64,000 bases of DNA, from the NCBI GenBank assembly GCA_965214775.1, contig OZ243974.1, positions 1,664,001-1,728,000 of the forward strand, in the 5' to 3' direction. The notes below the pieces were generated by a model. That model saw only the letters and a program-made list of their open reading frames with translations, was not told where the DNA came from and made no database searches. The DNA is from Nitrosopumilus sp. GTDB taxonomy: Archaea > Thermoproteota > Nitrososphaeria > Nitrososphaerales > Nitrosopumilaceae. The position numbers were made by a program, and so were the translations under genes. This document shows, one piece after another, positions 35,072 through 45,212 of this stretch. Each line of letters opens with the position of its first letter. The first letter of the stretch is position 1.

Positions 35072-35427
35072 GGCAATAAGACAGCGTAATTATTTTGTTC
35101 CAGTCTGATGTGTAGGCTCACTGTCCCTGGTCTGATTGAGAGTCCTTTGTGGCTAGAGGGAAATAACGGTGAAAGGGCAGGTGATCGCATACGACTTCCG
35201 AATCGCTTGTTGTGTAAAGGAATCACTTTTCTGTGTAGAAACTCCAAAAACAAAAATTCCGACAATCACTGCTGCCAGAATGATCATGTCATCAGACACA
35301 GTTCCCTTTTTCCCAACTTTGCCCATTCTCAGACCAAAGAGTTTTAGCTTTAAGGCATGTCGTGGAATTCATACTATGAAAAAATAGGCAGAATAATACT
35401 CAAAATTCAAGCGATTAAATAGAGTAT

Positions 35428-35820
35428 TTGCCACATAGAATCATGGAAGAGGAATCTTTGCGATTCTGGATTATTCCCATGGTGTGTTTTGTTATAGTTG
35501 CAGTATTTCTTGTATTTACCCTTGATTACAGATACAATGTAATGTATCCAAACGCAGCAATAGAAAGAGAACAACTAAAAACAATAACGTGTGATGAGAT
35601 TCTCGAAAAGCAAAAGACGGGAAAATACTGGAGCTCTGAGAATGCAAAGATAGGAGCTGACAAGGCTTTGGCTTGTTTGCCACCCCCAACAGAAGAAAAG
35701 ACCGCGGGAGGAAATCCATACGTGGAGTTTTGCATCCCTGGAGGATTTGCGCCAGACAAAATTATTGAGAACAGCACCCATTCATTTAATCACGACACGT
35801 GTGTTTGGGATTTGAGATAA
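35428..35820 (+). CDS. Membrane-anchored Cys-containing hypothetical protein
   Basis: N-terminal TM helix, Cys residues in the soluble part. Confidence 0.7.
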   Translation: MPHRIMEEESLRFWIIPMVCFVIVAVFLVFTLDYRYNVMYPNAAIEREQLKTITCDEILEKQKTGKYWSSENAKIGADKALACLPPPTEEKTAGGNPYVEFCIPGGFAPDKIIENSTHSFNHDTCVWDLR

Positions 35821-35969
35821 ACTGCCTATTGGACATCATGCGTAATCAATGCAGATCAAAAAATCAGGCATCTTTTACGTCGTTTTTGGCAAATACGTAT
35901 AATGTCTATTGCAAAGGCGATTCCTCAGACTGTCATTCCGACACTCGTATGTCATCTATTTTCTTCTTG

Positions 35970-36034
35970 CAGTCTTCCCAGATCCGCACGTCGCCGCCTC
36001 CACCCCCGCGAGTCGCGTGCATCTGGAAAGACCT
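35970..36034. mobile_element. Short MITE-E derivative
   Basis: CAGTCTTCCCAGAT...ATCTGGAAAGAC; interior matches 8361-8418. Confidence 0.65.
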
Positions 36035-36120
36035 AGTATTGATGTCTAGCCCTTGCCGTATACGGACTTGTGATCGCACACATAGAGAAGCTCGATTGTG
36101 TTATTGCCCAGTCAATACTA

Positions 36121-36198
36121 GACATTATGCGTAACCTACCTGAATAAGATGAATTTGCTCGTAATGATCCTAGATCTGAACCGATTACGCATAAAGTC
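36121..36198. mobile_element. MITE-A (78 bp)
   Basis: Same TIRs and interior as 52449-52526. Confidence 0.88.
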
Positions 36199-36217
36199 TA
36201 ATAATTAGAATCAGGCT

Positions 36218-37270
36218 ATGAGATTTTGCCAAGAGCGATCAATAATGACTTTTTATCCAAGTATATTCATAAAACAATGCTTGAGTAAAGAACCCGATGA
36301 TTCAGAATTTCCAACATATTCTAGTAATTCAGACAGTACTGTAGAAATTAGAACTGACTCTGATACGCATATTGGAGTAGAGAAAAAAACAGGAGGATGG
36401 CTTGAAAATGAAACCGAAAGAATCTTACGGTTTGCAGGATTAAAAACTCAAAGAGAAAGAAGAGTGGTGTTTGAAGAATCTACCAACGAACATTACAGAG
36501 TGGATATTTTAGCTCAATATGACAATCTGACATTATTTGTAGAATGCAAAGACTATTCTGAACTAAAAGTAAACGAAAAAATTCTTTTCACTTTAATAGG
36601 TCAAGTTCACGATTACAGAAGAGATCATCCTGATGAAACTGTAGTGGGGATTTTAGTAACTAGTGCAAAAAATGTTGGTCAGAATTTAGGAATTCAAAAT
36701 AAACTCCAGCGTGAAGGATGTCAACTTTGGGATGGAACAACTATCCAAAAATTACAAGAAAAAATGATAGAGGTAGATCAAAAATCGGAATTTACGTCGT
36801 ATTTGCTAGAAAAACTTGGCTATGTATTACAGTCAGAAGAAATGGAAAAGAATAATCTTTTGCCAGGGCAACGCAAATTTCACTGCCGAATGCACTTTTT
36901 TTCAATTCCTGCTGTAAAATATATTGGAAATAAATTTTCACATAAATCCATAATTAGCGATCTAAAGCGGGTTCTAGATGGAACGCAAATATTCATATCA
37001 GCTGTCAGCTATAAAAATTTCAATTCGTCTGAAGGTGAACGAATGAATTTGTATGTTGACTTTGAAAAAAACGTTTCTGAAGAAAAATTAACGGAGTATT
37101 GGAAGAGTAAATCAAGATTTTTTAGAAAACCAAAAGAATCACCAATAGAGTTGATGGAGATTGCTTTTGAATCTGCTTGCATCGGAGCTGTATCAAAAAC
37201 ATATGGGGTGGAAATCAATCACCCTACAGGAGCATATCAGATTAAAACAATAGCTACACGTTCACAATAA
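36218..37270 (+). CDS. Mrr-like PD-(D/E)XK restriction endonuclease domain protein (true start probably downstream)
   Basis: LE..TE, RVDILA, FVECKDY, GILVT, LWDG motifs. Confidence 0.75.
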   Translation: MRFCQERSIMTFYPSIFIKQCLSKEPDDSEFPTYSSNSDSTVEIRTDSDTHIGVEKKTGGWLENETERILRFAGLKTQRERRVVFEESTNEHYRVDILAQYDNLTLFVECKDYSELKVNEKILFTLIGQVHDYRRDHPDETVVGILVTSAKNVGQNLGIQNKLQREGCQLWDGTTIQKLQEKMIEVDQKSEFTSYLLEKLGYVLQSEEMEKNNLLPGQRKFHCRMHFFSIPAVKYIGNKFSHKSIISDLKRVLDGTQIFISAVSYKNFNSSEGERMNLYVDFEKNVSEEKLTEYWKSKSRFFRKPKESPIELMEIAFESACIGAVSKTYGVEINHPTGAYQIKTIATRSQ

Positions 37271-37406
37271 ATCAAGTTTGACATAATGTAACAGGCAGTG
37301 CTCTGGAAGTTCAGGCGTGAATTTTGTCACTGATGAATGCCGATCAAACAGAACTTGTGCCTAAAATCAGAAACGGCTTCTAGGACTCTCTGTTACTGGT
37401 GATTTG

Positions 37407-37517
37407 CTAGTCCGCATTGTGCCGGAGTAGGATCTTGCGCCATGGCGGCAGTTTTTCATACTCTTTTAGCGCTTCTTCGATACCCTTCTTCAGCCAGCCT
37501 TCTTCTAACTCTGCCAC
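37407..37517 (-). CDS. Putative 36-aa protein (VAELEEGWLKKGIEEALKEYEKLPPWRKILLRHNAD)
   Basis: Read directly; amphipathic and protein-like. Confidence 0.35.
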   Translation of the reverse strand: MAELEEGWLKKGIEEALKEYEKLPPWRKILLRHNAD

Positions 37518-37689
37518 AAGTTACCAACGCACGGTATGTGTATAAACATTGACAGTCAGTTTTCACGTGAGTTTGCCCCTTCTCGAAAATGCGGCGTGGT
37601 GGGAGCGGTCGTGAGTTCCATGGCCGAAAGTGTCTACCGGGGAGTAATCTCTTACCGGACTACGTCCGTGCATGTTTTTATAACATCGC

Positions 37690-38136
37690 ATGTATCGCCT
37701 ATTATTGGAAGAGTCATACGCCTGCAGGCTGATGGATGATGCAGGTATTCAGTACACCAAGGTGAAGGAAATTCCTCCGTCCTTCCAGTATGCACTGCTT
37801 GCCACAAAGGACAGAATAACGGTGGCTGGCAGACCCAAACTGGCCGAGTTGCAGGCCACGCACCCGTTCAATGCAGAGATGACCGAAAAATTCTTCAAGA
37901 TGGACGAGTCTGCCAAAAACGGAATCGTGTACGAATTGGAGCACCTTCTGGCAGGTCTGGATATCAGACACATGATAATAGTAAACGACGGCAGGCAGTT
38001 TTTTGGTTTTTCACTATCTGTCCTTTTAGAACAAGACGCTTCTGTCGTTGATTTTCTCAACGGCTACAACAAAGTCAAGGAGATCAGAGAACTGGTTGGA
38101 ACGCGGGCAACCAACCTCATGCATCTCCCCGCATGA
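37690..38136 (+). CDS. Hypothetical protein (weak DUF2299-like resemblance)
   Basis: 148-aa ORF, first of a three-gene run. Confidence 0.55.
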   Translation: MYRLLLEESYACRLMDDAGIQYTKVKEIPPSFQYALLATKDRITVAGRPKLAELQATHPFNAEMTEKFFKMDESAKNGIVYELEHLLAGLDIRHMIIVNDGRQFFGFSLSVLLEQDASVVDFLNGYNKVKEIRELVGTRATNLMHLPA

Positions 38137-38152
38137 TACGAGCACGGTTAGG

Positions 38153-38764
38153 ATGGCACACATGGATAATCTGAGCGAGAAGCGGCATCTTGGGAGACCA
38201 CTGTCCCTTGTGGAGTCCGACAAGATTGTTAGGCGGTCAGAACCATACATGAGATCCGGGCAGGACGGCGATGCACAAAACCCGTCGCACAAGGAAAGCA
38301 ATACAGCATCCTGGCCGGCCTGTCTGGGGACACCGTATTGTCTTGCACTGGATAACGGCATCACACCGTATGATGGTGACACGAACCCCGCCAAGGCCAT
38401 CATTGGGAGAAAGCTGAACAGGGTCATTTCTATTGCGTCTACGAAGTTTGACGAGGTGGACGCAGAGGATCTAAGGGAGTTTGTATCGACTCCTGAAGTC
38501 TTGGACATTTCACACCTGCCGGAGCGCCTTTCTGCGGTATTTGAGTTAGCACATGCATTCATAGGCAGGTTGAATCGTGCCGGAAAATCTAGGATCGGCG
38601 TGTTTCATGATGGCGACTCTGAAGACAAACTTATCACCATAAAATGGTACGTCAACGCATCAGTCGACCAATGCATAAAATGGGCAGATGAAATGGTCTC
38701 TGCAATTATTGAGATGGACGAGGACATGCTTGACATAATCATGGTCGGGGTCGTTGCCGAATGA
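38153..38764 (+). CDS. Hypothetical partner of the HEPN protein (track ORF starts 38048)
   Basis: Acidic C-terminal domain, ATGA overlap with the HEPN gene. Confidence 0.6.
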   Translation: MAHMDNLSEKRHLGRPLSLVESDKIVRRSEPYMRSGQDGDAQNPSHKESNTASWPACLGTPYCLALDNGITPYDGDTNPAKAIIGRKLNRVISIASTKFDEVDAEDLREFVSTPEVLDISHLPERLSAVFELAHAFIGRLNRAGKSRIGVFHDGDSEDKLITIKWYVNASVDQCIKWADEMVSAIIEMDEDMLDIIMVGVVAE

Positions 38765-39195
38765 GTTATGACGGCTTTGAATTTGAGGATTATCTAGAGA
38801 TCAGCTCGTCCATAGAAAAATCTATCAAATCTGATGTGGACATAAGAATGAAAAAGCATGTCGCATGGATGCGCTGTGCAATAAGCAGGGCCTATTATGC
38901 CGCATTCCTGTCAATACGATCCGAGTTTGAAAGGGATCCAAAGCTAAGTCGACTCCTCACGAACACTGGTAGGGATCACAAGATCGTTGCCAAGGGCCTG
39001 AGCGGAAGCATGAGGAAATATTTAAGACCTCTGCACAACCTGCGAGACGCCCGGAACCTGTGCGATTATAACATGACACCCAAGTTTTCTGTCAGCATCA
39101 GAATGGTTGAGCAGGCCAACGAGGATGCAAAATTCCTGATTGCCCATTCCCATGATATGGCCCGTGCATATGACATCCGAAGAGCCAGGATCTGA
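38761..39195 (+). CDS. HEPN domain protein
   Basis: AISRAYYAAF, DH, LRDARNLCDY motifs. Confidence 0.82.
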   Translation: MSYDGFEFEDYLEISSSIEKSIKSDVDIRMKKHVAWMRCAISRAYYAAFLSIRSEFERDPKLSRLLTNTGRDHKIVAKGLSGSMRKYLRPLHNLRDARNLCDYNMTPKFSVSIRMVEQANEDAKFLIAHSHDMARAYDIRRARI

Positions 39196-39274
39196 CGTGT
39201 ATGGTGGCGCACCATATGCCGCAGGCCGTCTTTTTCTGCCTGGTTGGTATCGAGTTTTGCGATGACGGGCTGGT

Positions 39275-39442
39275 GAGGCGTTTCTCAGATCCGAGGAGCA
39301 CCTAGATCAGGTCAACGTGGATCCGATACTCGAGCAAAAGCAGCAGGTACAGCATGCGCTAGAAGAGGCGACGCCTGAACAGCTTGACCGTGTGCTAGAG
39401 GTGCTAGCATGCACCGGCAAGACGGGCCGAACCAGGTCGTAG
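39275..39442 (+). pseudogene. C-terminal remnant of a tyrosine integrase paralogous to 54108-55427
   Basis: EAFLRSEEHL..DPILEQ..ATPEQLDRVLEVLACTGKTG aligns with the intact integrase tail. Confidence 0.85.
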
Positions 39443-39817
39443 TTGACAGCGGTTAGGATTTTTCTAGTACATACTCCAGCCTTGACCGGCAAGACGGGCC
39501 AAGCCAGGTCGTAGTTGACAGTCTGCAGGCAGAGCGGCTCATCGCAGCGGGGCACAGGTTTGTAGGGATTCTGCCCAACGGCAAGGTAGTCCTGCAAAGG
39601 AACCCGGACCCAAAGTGAAGGCGGGTCTAGTGGGATCCGGGTCCGCAGTGGATCCGGGTCTTTACTGATGACGGCAGAAAGTTATTGAAGTACTTTCAAA
39701 ACTTCTACCCTTTTTTATTTTATAATGTTTGCAATGCCCCTGTGACGACGATTAAGGTTCTTTAACGCATATGGGTATGAACTACGCAGGAGGACACTTT
39801 TTGATGATCAAGGACTT

Positions 39818-40522
39818 TCAATCGTTACTATAGTTTATCATAATGCCGTTGTCTCGCAGCCATGTTACGGCCCTTTGATAGTCGTGCATATGCGAGGAGA
39901 CCAGTCTCCAGAAACGATACGAATGGTCTTTGATCTTGAAATGACACAGCTCGTGCAATATTACATATTCGACTACAAACTTCGGAGCCTTGACAAGGTT
40001 GTAATTCAGGTTGATTTCATTACCAGTCGAGCTCCCCCATCTGTCCTTTAACTGCTTGACGTTTATTGTAGGAATGTTAACGCCTACTGTACTAGATAGT
40101 TTTTTCGTCAACCGTGCAAAAAGAACCCTTGCGCGCCTGTTAAGATATGCATTGTACATTTTTTGAATATGAGCGTTCGTGTGTCTTTTCTGAGGTATGT
40201 AAAACTCTAGTGTACTTCCTGCAATGCGTACATGCTCTGTACTGTTTGGTATGATTTTGATTGTATAGTGCTTGTCAAGTACGGGTAGGGTTGATTTTGT
40301 TGAAAATGTGGTATTTTTCTTGCCTGCATAATATAGCTGTTTTTTGTATATCCATGACGCCTTGTCCCTTACCATGCTTTTTACATCATGCATTGATTTG
40401 TTCTTGGGTGTTCGTACGGTAACACCTTGAACGGTAACCGTAATCTGTGAAGTCTTTACCCTGTTGCTTTGTATCAGATCATACAGGATTGATGTGTTTC
40501 CGTGCTTTATTTTTTGCATCAT
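39818..40522 (-). CDS. M48/YgjP (DUF45) metallohydrolase, typically downstream of hsdR
   Basis: RWGS, YVILHELCH, HSYRFW. Confidence 0.88.
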   Translation of the reverse strand: MMQKIKHGNTSILYDLIQSNRVKTSQITVTVQGVTVRTPKNKSMHDVKSMVRDKASWIYKKQLYYAGKKNTTFSTKSTLPVLDKHYTIKIIPNSTEHVRIAGSTLEFYIPQKRHTNAHIQKMYNAYLNRRARVLFARLTKKLSSTVGVNIPTINVKQLKDRWGSSTGNEINLNYNLVKAPKFVVEYVILHELCHFKIKDHSYRFWRLVSSHMHDYQRAVTWLRDNGIMINYSND

Positions 40523-43500
40523 AATGCATCGTGATTAACCAGCGTCAGAATCTTATCAATCAGGGCAAATATGTCCTCATCTGCCATGCTAGATGCCTCA
40601 AGTGTGTCGTATATCGCTCCTTGCATCTTTCTTTGAATGCTTGGCTTGTTGTGGTACTCTACCATTGTAGTGAAGGGTTGTAGTTTAGAGTACAGTGATT
40701 TTGCAAGTTTTCTCGACTGCTCTTTTTGGTGCACTAGTTTGTCAAGGTGATTATAAATGGCAAATTCTAGGTTGTTTTCGAATCCGAGATCCTTTAACAC
40801 CTTTTGGTGTGATAATGCCTCCTCGTAGACTTGCTTGTATTCGTTTTCGGCAAAGTAATCTGCGTTGTCCTTGCGTCTTTGTTTTTCTTCAGATATTATC
40901 CTCAAAAGACGCTGCTGCAGGCTTTCAAAGTATTCGGGGTTAATGTGCATATTTTCATGTATTACCTGTTGTGCCTTGTTTTTAATCAGGGCGGTTCTTG
41001 CCCTAGATGATTCAAACCTTGAAACATATGCCAAAAAGTTCTCAAAGGTAATCTCCTTGGGCTTTACAATCTCAGGTACCCCAGACGATCTGATTGCGTC
41101 ATCTATTAGCTTCTGAATCTTTGAGGCGTATTTAACGGTAGAAGTTATTTCACCGTAGGCGTTTCGTAATACCTGTCTGATTTTTACAAGATCCTTGAAA
41201 TCATCAATGTATGGCTTAGCCTCTTTTTTGTAGATTTGTGTGTTAAAAACCTTGGAGAACTTTTTAAAGTCCTCTATAAAGGCGTCTCTTTTATCTGCTG
41301 GCTCAAATGCTACAACGATTGCACCGTAATCCTTTTTGTCCATACCCTTAAGATGATTCATCACATCATGATGATGCGACTGGAGCGACTCCAACTGATG
41401 AGCATCAGGCTCTAGGGCCCCCCTGATCTGGCAAGGATTAAATGACTGTAGCGCATTTTGGAGGTTTTTTGTTACGCCATAGTAGTCTACAATCAGTCCT
41501 CTGATTTTTGATTCGTCGTAGGGCCTGTTTACCCTTGCAATGGCCTGCAGTAACGCATGATCCTTGAGTGGTTTGTCAAGATACATTACGCTTACAATCG
41601 GTGCGTCAAAGCCCACCAGCAGCATGTCTACTACGATTAATATCTTGGTTGGATCTTTTGGATCTTTGAAGGCATTCTCGGCCAGCCTTTGTTCCTTGTC
41701 TGTAAGGTAGTACTTGTCCCAGCTTGTACCATCCTTGCCTGTCTCACCTTGTTTTTGATCCATTATTATTTTTGACTGCGGTGCGTGCAATCTATCCAGC
41801 TCTTTTTTGTATAGTACAGCTGCCTCCCTTGATGAGGCAACAAGCATTGCCTTGTATCCGGATTCCAAATAGTTTTCCTTAAAGTGGTCGATGATATTGC
41901 TAGCAATTTCTTTTATTCGTGCAGGAGACGTGGCAATTGCGATTTTGTTCGCATACTCTCGCTTTAGCTTATCCTTTAGCTCTGGCGTCATGCCCTGTTC
42001 GGATCCGACGAATCTTTCAAATAGCTCATCAATGTTATTGGCACCTTCGATAAACAGGTCAGGTAGCATTCCTACATAATCTATTGGGAGGGTGGCCCCA
42101 TCTGACTTTGACTCCTCAAAACCATACTGGTCGATTAAATCCCCAAAAACCTGAAACGTTGACTTGTCTTCCCTGTCAATCGGTGTTCCGGTAAAACCAA
42201 AGAATATACCATTGGGCATTGCAGCACTCATGGAGTTTGCATCTATGCCGTACTGTGAACGGTGTGCCTCATCTACAAGAACTATGATCTTTTCATCCGT
42301 CTTGCTTTTTACATCCTCGAACTTTTGTATCGTAGTCACCATGGTCTTGCCCCTTGGTGATGCGATAAATTCGTCAAGATCGGAAGAGATTTGCGCCTTT
42401 ACCGGTAACGGATATCCGGACTGGAGAAAGGTGCTGTAAATTTGCTGGGTTAGCTGTAATCTATCCGTTACTATCAGTATGGGTAGATTACCGTGCTGAA
42501 TTGCCTGTTTTGCCACCCACAGCATTGTAAATGACTTGCCAGATCCCTGGGTATGCCAGACGACACCACCGTGTCTGTCCTGTGCGGTTTGTATTTTTTT
42601 GGCACACTCTTGCACTGCCCTATACTGCTGATGTTTTGCTGTAATTTTTATTTTTTTACTGCCTGTGTCTTGGTATATTGTATAGTTTTTTAGCAAGTCC
42701 AACAGGTTGGACTTGTCAAGCATTCCCGCAATCAGTATCTCCTGCTCCCTACATGCTCCGAATTTCTCCTCTACCTGTTCCCTAGTCAAAGGATGTGCAC
42801 TAGACCACCTACTGTTTTGAAAACTGTTTACATCAGAAGTTATCGTGCCGTGTCTTGCCTTTATTCCGCATGTTGCAATAAGTATGTGGTTATAGTACAT
42901 TAGCCTGTCAAAGCCCTTACCCGATGATCGGTATTTTTTGAAATTCTCTTTTTCTACCGCATCTTCTAGCCATCTTGGTTTGGTAGGGGACTTGCACTCG
43001 ATTATCACTAGAGGAATGCCGTTGACAAAGACTACGATATCAGGATAAATACGCTGCTTGAAACCCCACAGTTCAAACTGGTTTGTAACCAAAAAATCAT
43101 TGTTCTGCATGTTTTCAAAATCAAACAGTCTTATGGTTTTTCGCACTGTGCCGGTTGCATCGTACTGTTCCACTGTTATGGGCTCAAGGCCCCCAGACTG
43201 TGACAGGCCAACAAGCTTTGCCCTGATCTTTTCATTTGCATCTACAGTATCCCGCGCAAACGGAAACTGATCCTCCTTTATCTGACTCAATGCATCAGAT
43301 ATGCCATCCTGATCAATGTGTGGGTTGAGTCGTCGTATTGCCTTTTCTAGCCTATCATACAGTAGCACCTCGTCTAGCTTGGATCTCTCCTTGTTGATAT
43401 CTAGCTTGGATTTGTATTGGTATCCCATTGTAGTCAGCTGCTCTAGTGCTGGCAGCTCAGAGTGCTCTATTTCATCACCTGAGCCTACCACAAAATCCAT
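40519..43500 (-). CDS. hsdR: Type I restriction enzyme R subunit
   Basis: PDIVVFVNGIPLVIIECK, WHTQGSGKS, DEAHRSQ, FTGTP, LQAIARVNR. Confidence 0.96.
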   Translation of the reverse strand: MDFVVGSGDEIEHSELPALEQLTTMGYQYKSKLDINKERSKLDEVLLYDRLEKAIRRLNPHIDQDGISDALSQIKEDQFPFARDTVDANEKIRAKLVGLSQSGGLEPITVEQYDATGTVRKTIRLFDFENMQNNDFLVTNQFELWGFKQRIYPDIVVFVNGIPLVIIECKSPTKPRWLEDAVEKENFKKYRSSGKGFDRLMYYNHILIATCGIKARHGTITSDVNSFQNSRWSSAHPLTREQVEEKFGACREQEILIAGMLDKSNLLDLLKNYTIYQDTGSKKIKITAKHQQYRAVQECAKKIQTAQDRHGGVVWHTQGSGKSFTMLWVAKQAIQHGNLPILIVTDRLQLTQQIYSTFLQSGYPLPVKAQISSDLDEFIASPRGKTMVTTIQKFEDVKSKTDEKIIVLVDEAHRSQYGIDANSMSAAMPNGIFFGFTGTPIDREDKSTFQVFGDLIDQYGFEESKSDGATLPIDYVGMLPDLFIEGANNIDELFERFVGSEQGMTPELKDKLKREYANKIAIATSPARIKEIASNIIDHFKENYLESGYKAMLVASSREAAVLYKKELDRLHAPQSKIIMDQKQGETGKDGTSWDKYYLTDKEQRLAENAFKDPKDPTKILIVVDMLLVGFDAPIVSVMYLDKPLKDHALLQAIARVNRPYDESKIRGLIVDYYGVTKNLQNALQSFNPCQIRGALEPDAHQLESLQSHHHDVMNHLKGMDKKDYGAIVVAFEPADKRDAFIEDFKKFSKVFNTQIYKKEAKPYIDDFKDLVKIRQVLRNAYGEITSTVKYASKIQKLIDDAIRSSGVPEIVKPKEITFENFLAYVSRFESSRARTALIKNKAQQVIHENMHINPEYFESLQQRLLRIISEEKQRRKDNADYFAENEYKQVYEEALSHQKVLKDLGFENNLEFAIYNHLDKLVHQKEQSRKLAKSLYSKLQPFTTMVEYHNKPSIQRKMQGAIYDTLEASSMADEDIFALIDKILTLVNHDAL

Positions 43501-43549
43501 GGGTTTACTTGTCGTACATCCTTGTAAGTTTTAGGATGGTATTAAGATC

Positions 43550-44602
43550 TGTCTTATACAGAAATTAGGTCCGCCTAAGATAAGGCGTACGATCGCTGAC
43601 TATTTCAGGCTGTACCGATCAAGCAAAGACATGACAAGAAAGATGTCGGACAAGAAGATCAGGTATGTCATCAGGGGCCGCAATGCCGGAAAGAGCGCCA
43701 CGTCGCTGGCCCGTGACATGAAGGTGACGCCACGGCACGTGAGGAGGATTTACGCTAGGTACCGCCAGACAGGAAAGATGCACGTGCAGCAAAAGGCGGG
43801 AAGAAAGGCCGCACCGCAGCCCGCGGCAGGCCAGGTGCAGGCAGTCTTGGACATGCACTCTGTAGAGCACGTAGGCGTGATGCGCACTGCCATGCGCCTG
43901 CAGGATGCAGGTCACGTTATAAGCTACAACAGCGTATATCGGATAATGAAGGAGCAGGGACTCGTTACTCCATCAGATGCCAAGTCGGGCCAAAAAAAGT
44001 GGCTGCGTTATGAGCGCAAGTACTCCAACGCAATGTGGCACGTGGACTGGCACGATATGAAGGATCCACGCCTGAGAGGGCTCAATCTAGTCACGTTTTT
44101 GGACGATTCATCCCGGTGTGTCACGCCGGCACGGACGTTTGCCGAGGCCACATCAGAAAACGTGGTGATAACACTCAGGGATGCCATAGACAGATTTGGC
44201 ACGCCGGCTACCATACTGTCTGACAACGGCAGGTGTTTCAACGGCGGCCGCAGCAAGAAGAACATGCCACGCGGAACATGGACGCCGACTACCTTTGAGG
44301 CCGAGCTGCTGAACCGGGGTATCGGACTGATAAACTCAAGACCGTATCATCCAGAGACCAACGGCAAGCTGGAATGATTCCACGGCAGCATAGAGGCCGA
44401 AATCCGTCACTATGAGAGCCTGGCAGCATACATCAAGTACTATAACGAACGCAGGCTGCACTTTGGGCTGGACATAGCCCACCGCCAGACGCCCATCATG
44501 GCGTTCTCGGACAAAACGGCCACAGAAGCGATCAGGAAATCCGACCCAAAATGGATGGAGAGGGACATCAATGAATAGCGGACATTATTTCCATATAACA
44601 CA
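43550..44602 (+). mobile_element. IS481-family element
   Basis: TGT...ACA ends with ~25-bp imperfect TIR; TGGTATTAAGAT present on both flanks. Confidence 0.88.
43631..44578 (+). pseudogene. IS481 transposase with one premature stop (TGA 44375-44377 replacing Arg in KLERFH)
   Basis: Frame continues FHGSIEAEI...WMERDINE* and matches 57859-58827. Confidence 0.88.
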
Positions 44603-44654
44603 CTGGTATTAAGATTCAATAACAGGAGTTTGATATACTGATTAGATACACATA

Positions 44655-45212
44655 ATGACATATTTTGTAAAACCCAAGATTTGTAATGTAGTGTGTACTG
44701 CCAGTCTTGAGCAAAGGATCAATATGGCTAGGCTTGCTGGACTTGCGTGCGGAATTTATGATGAGGCGATATACGGCGGAAGATGCGGATATGTTAAGAT
44801 GCCTGAGATGGACGGACGTGTGACCATATTTCCAAGTGGAAAGATGATCTCAGTTGGAGGCAGAACCATAAGCAAGGCCATCGAGCAGCTCAACCACGCA
44901 AAATTCTATCTGGTACAGGAAAAAATGATACACGATGTAAAGATTGTTCCCGTGATCCGAAACATCGTAGCCACGGTTGAGCTTGATCATAAAATACCCG
45001 TTGACGTATTGGCCTCAAAGATATCTGGAGCCATATATGATCCCGAAACGTTTCCAGGCATGATTTTAAAAGGGATCGACAGCTGTCGTTTTCTTGTATT
45101 TGCCTCTGGAAAGATTGTGATTGCAGGTGCCAAATCCTCAGACGAGCTAAACAGTGCATCCTTTGAGGTTCTTCAGAGGCTAGATGATACGGCCGCAAGG
45201 ATACTAACATGA
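44655..45212 (+). CDS. tbp: Divergent TATA-box-binding protein paralog
   Basis: Two TBP repeats: NVVCTASL..IFPSGK and NIVATV..YDPETFPG..LVFASGKIVIAGAKS. Confidence 0.88.
   Translation: MTYFVKPKICNVVCTASLEQRINMARLAGLACGIYDEAIYGGRCGYVKMPEMDGRVTIFPSGKMISVGGRTISKAIEQLNHAKFYLVQEKMIHDVKIVPVIRNIVATVELDHKIPVDVLASKISGAIYDPETFPGMILKGIDSCRFLVFASGKIVIAGAKSSDELNSASFEVLQRLDDTAARILT

Noticed and set aside
39413-39521. 37-bp repeat, 35-bp spacer, 37-bp repeat resembling a minimal CRISPR array
   Set aside because: The repeat is the integrase 3' coding end also present at 55398; there are only two imperfect units and no cas genes
44375-44377. In-frame TGA as possible selenocysteine or programmed read-through
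   Set aside because: The position is a conserved Arg (KLERFH) in the paralog; a CGA-to-TGA nonsense change is the simpler explanation
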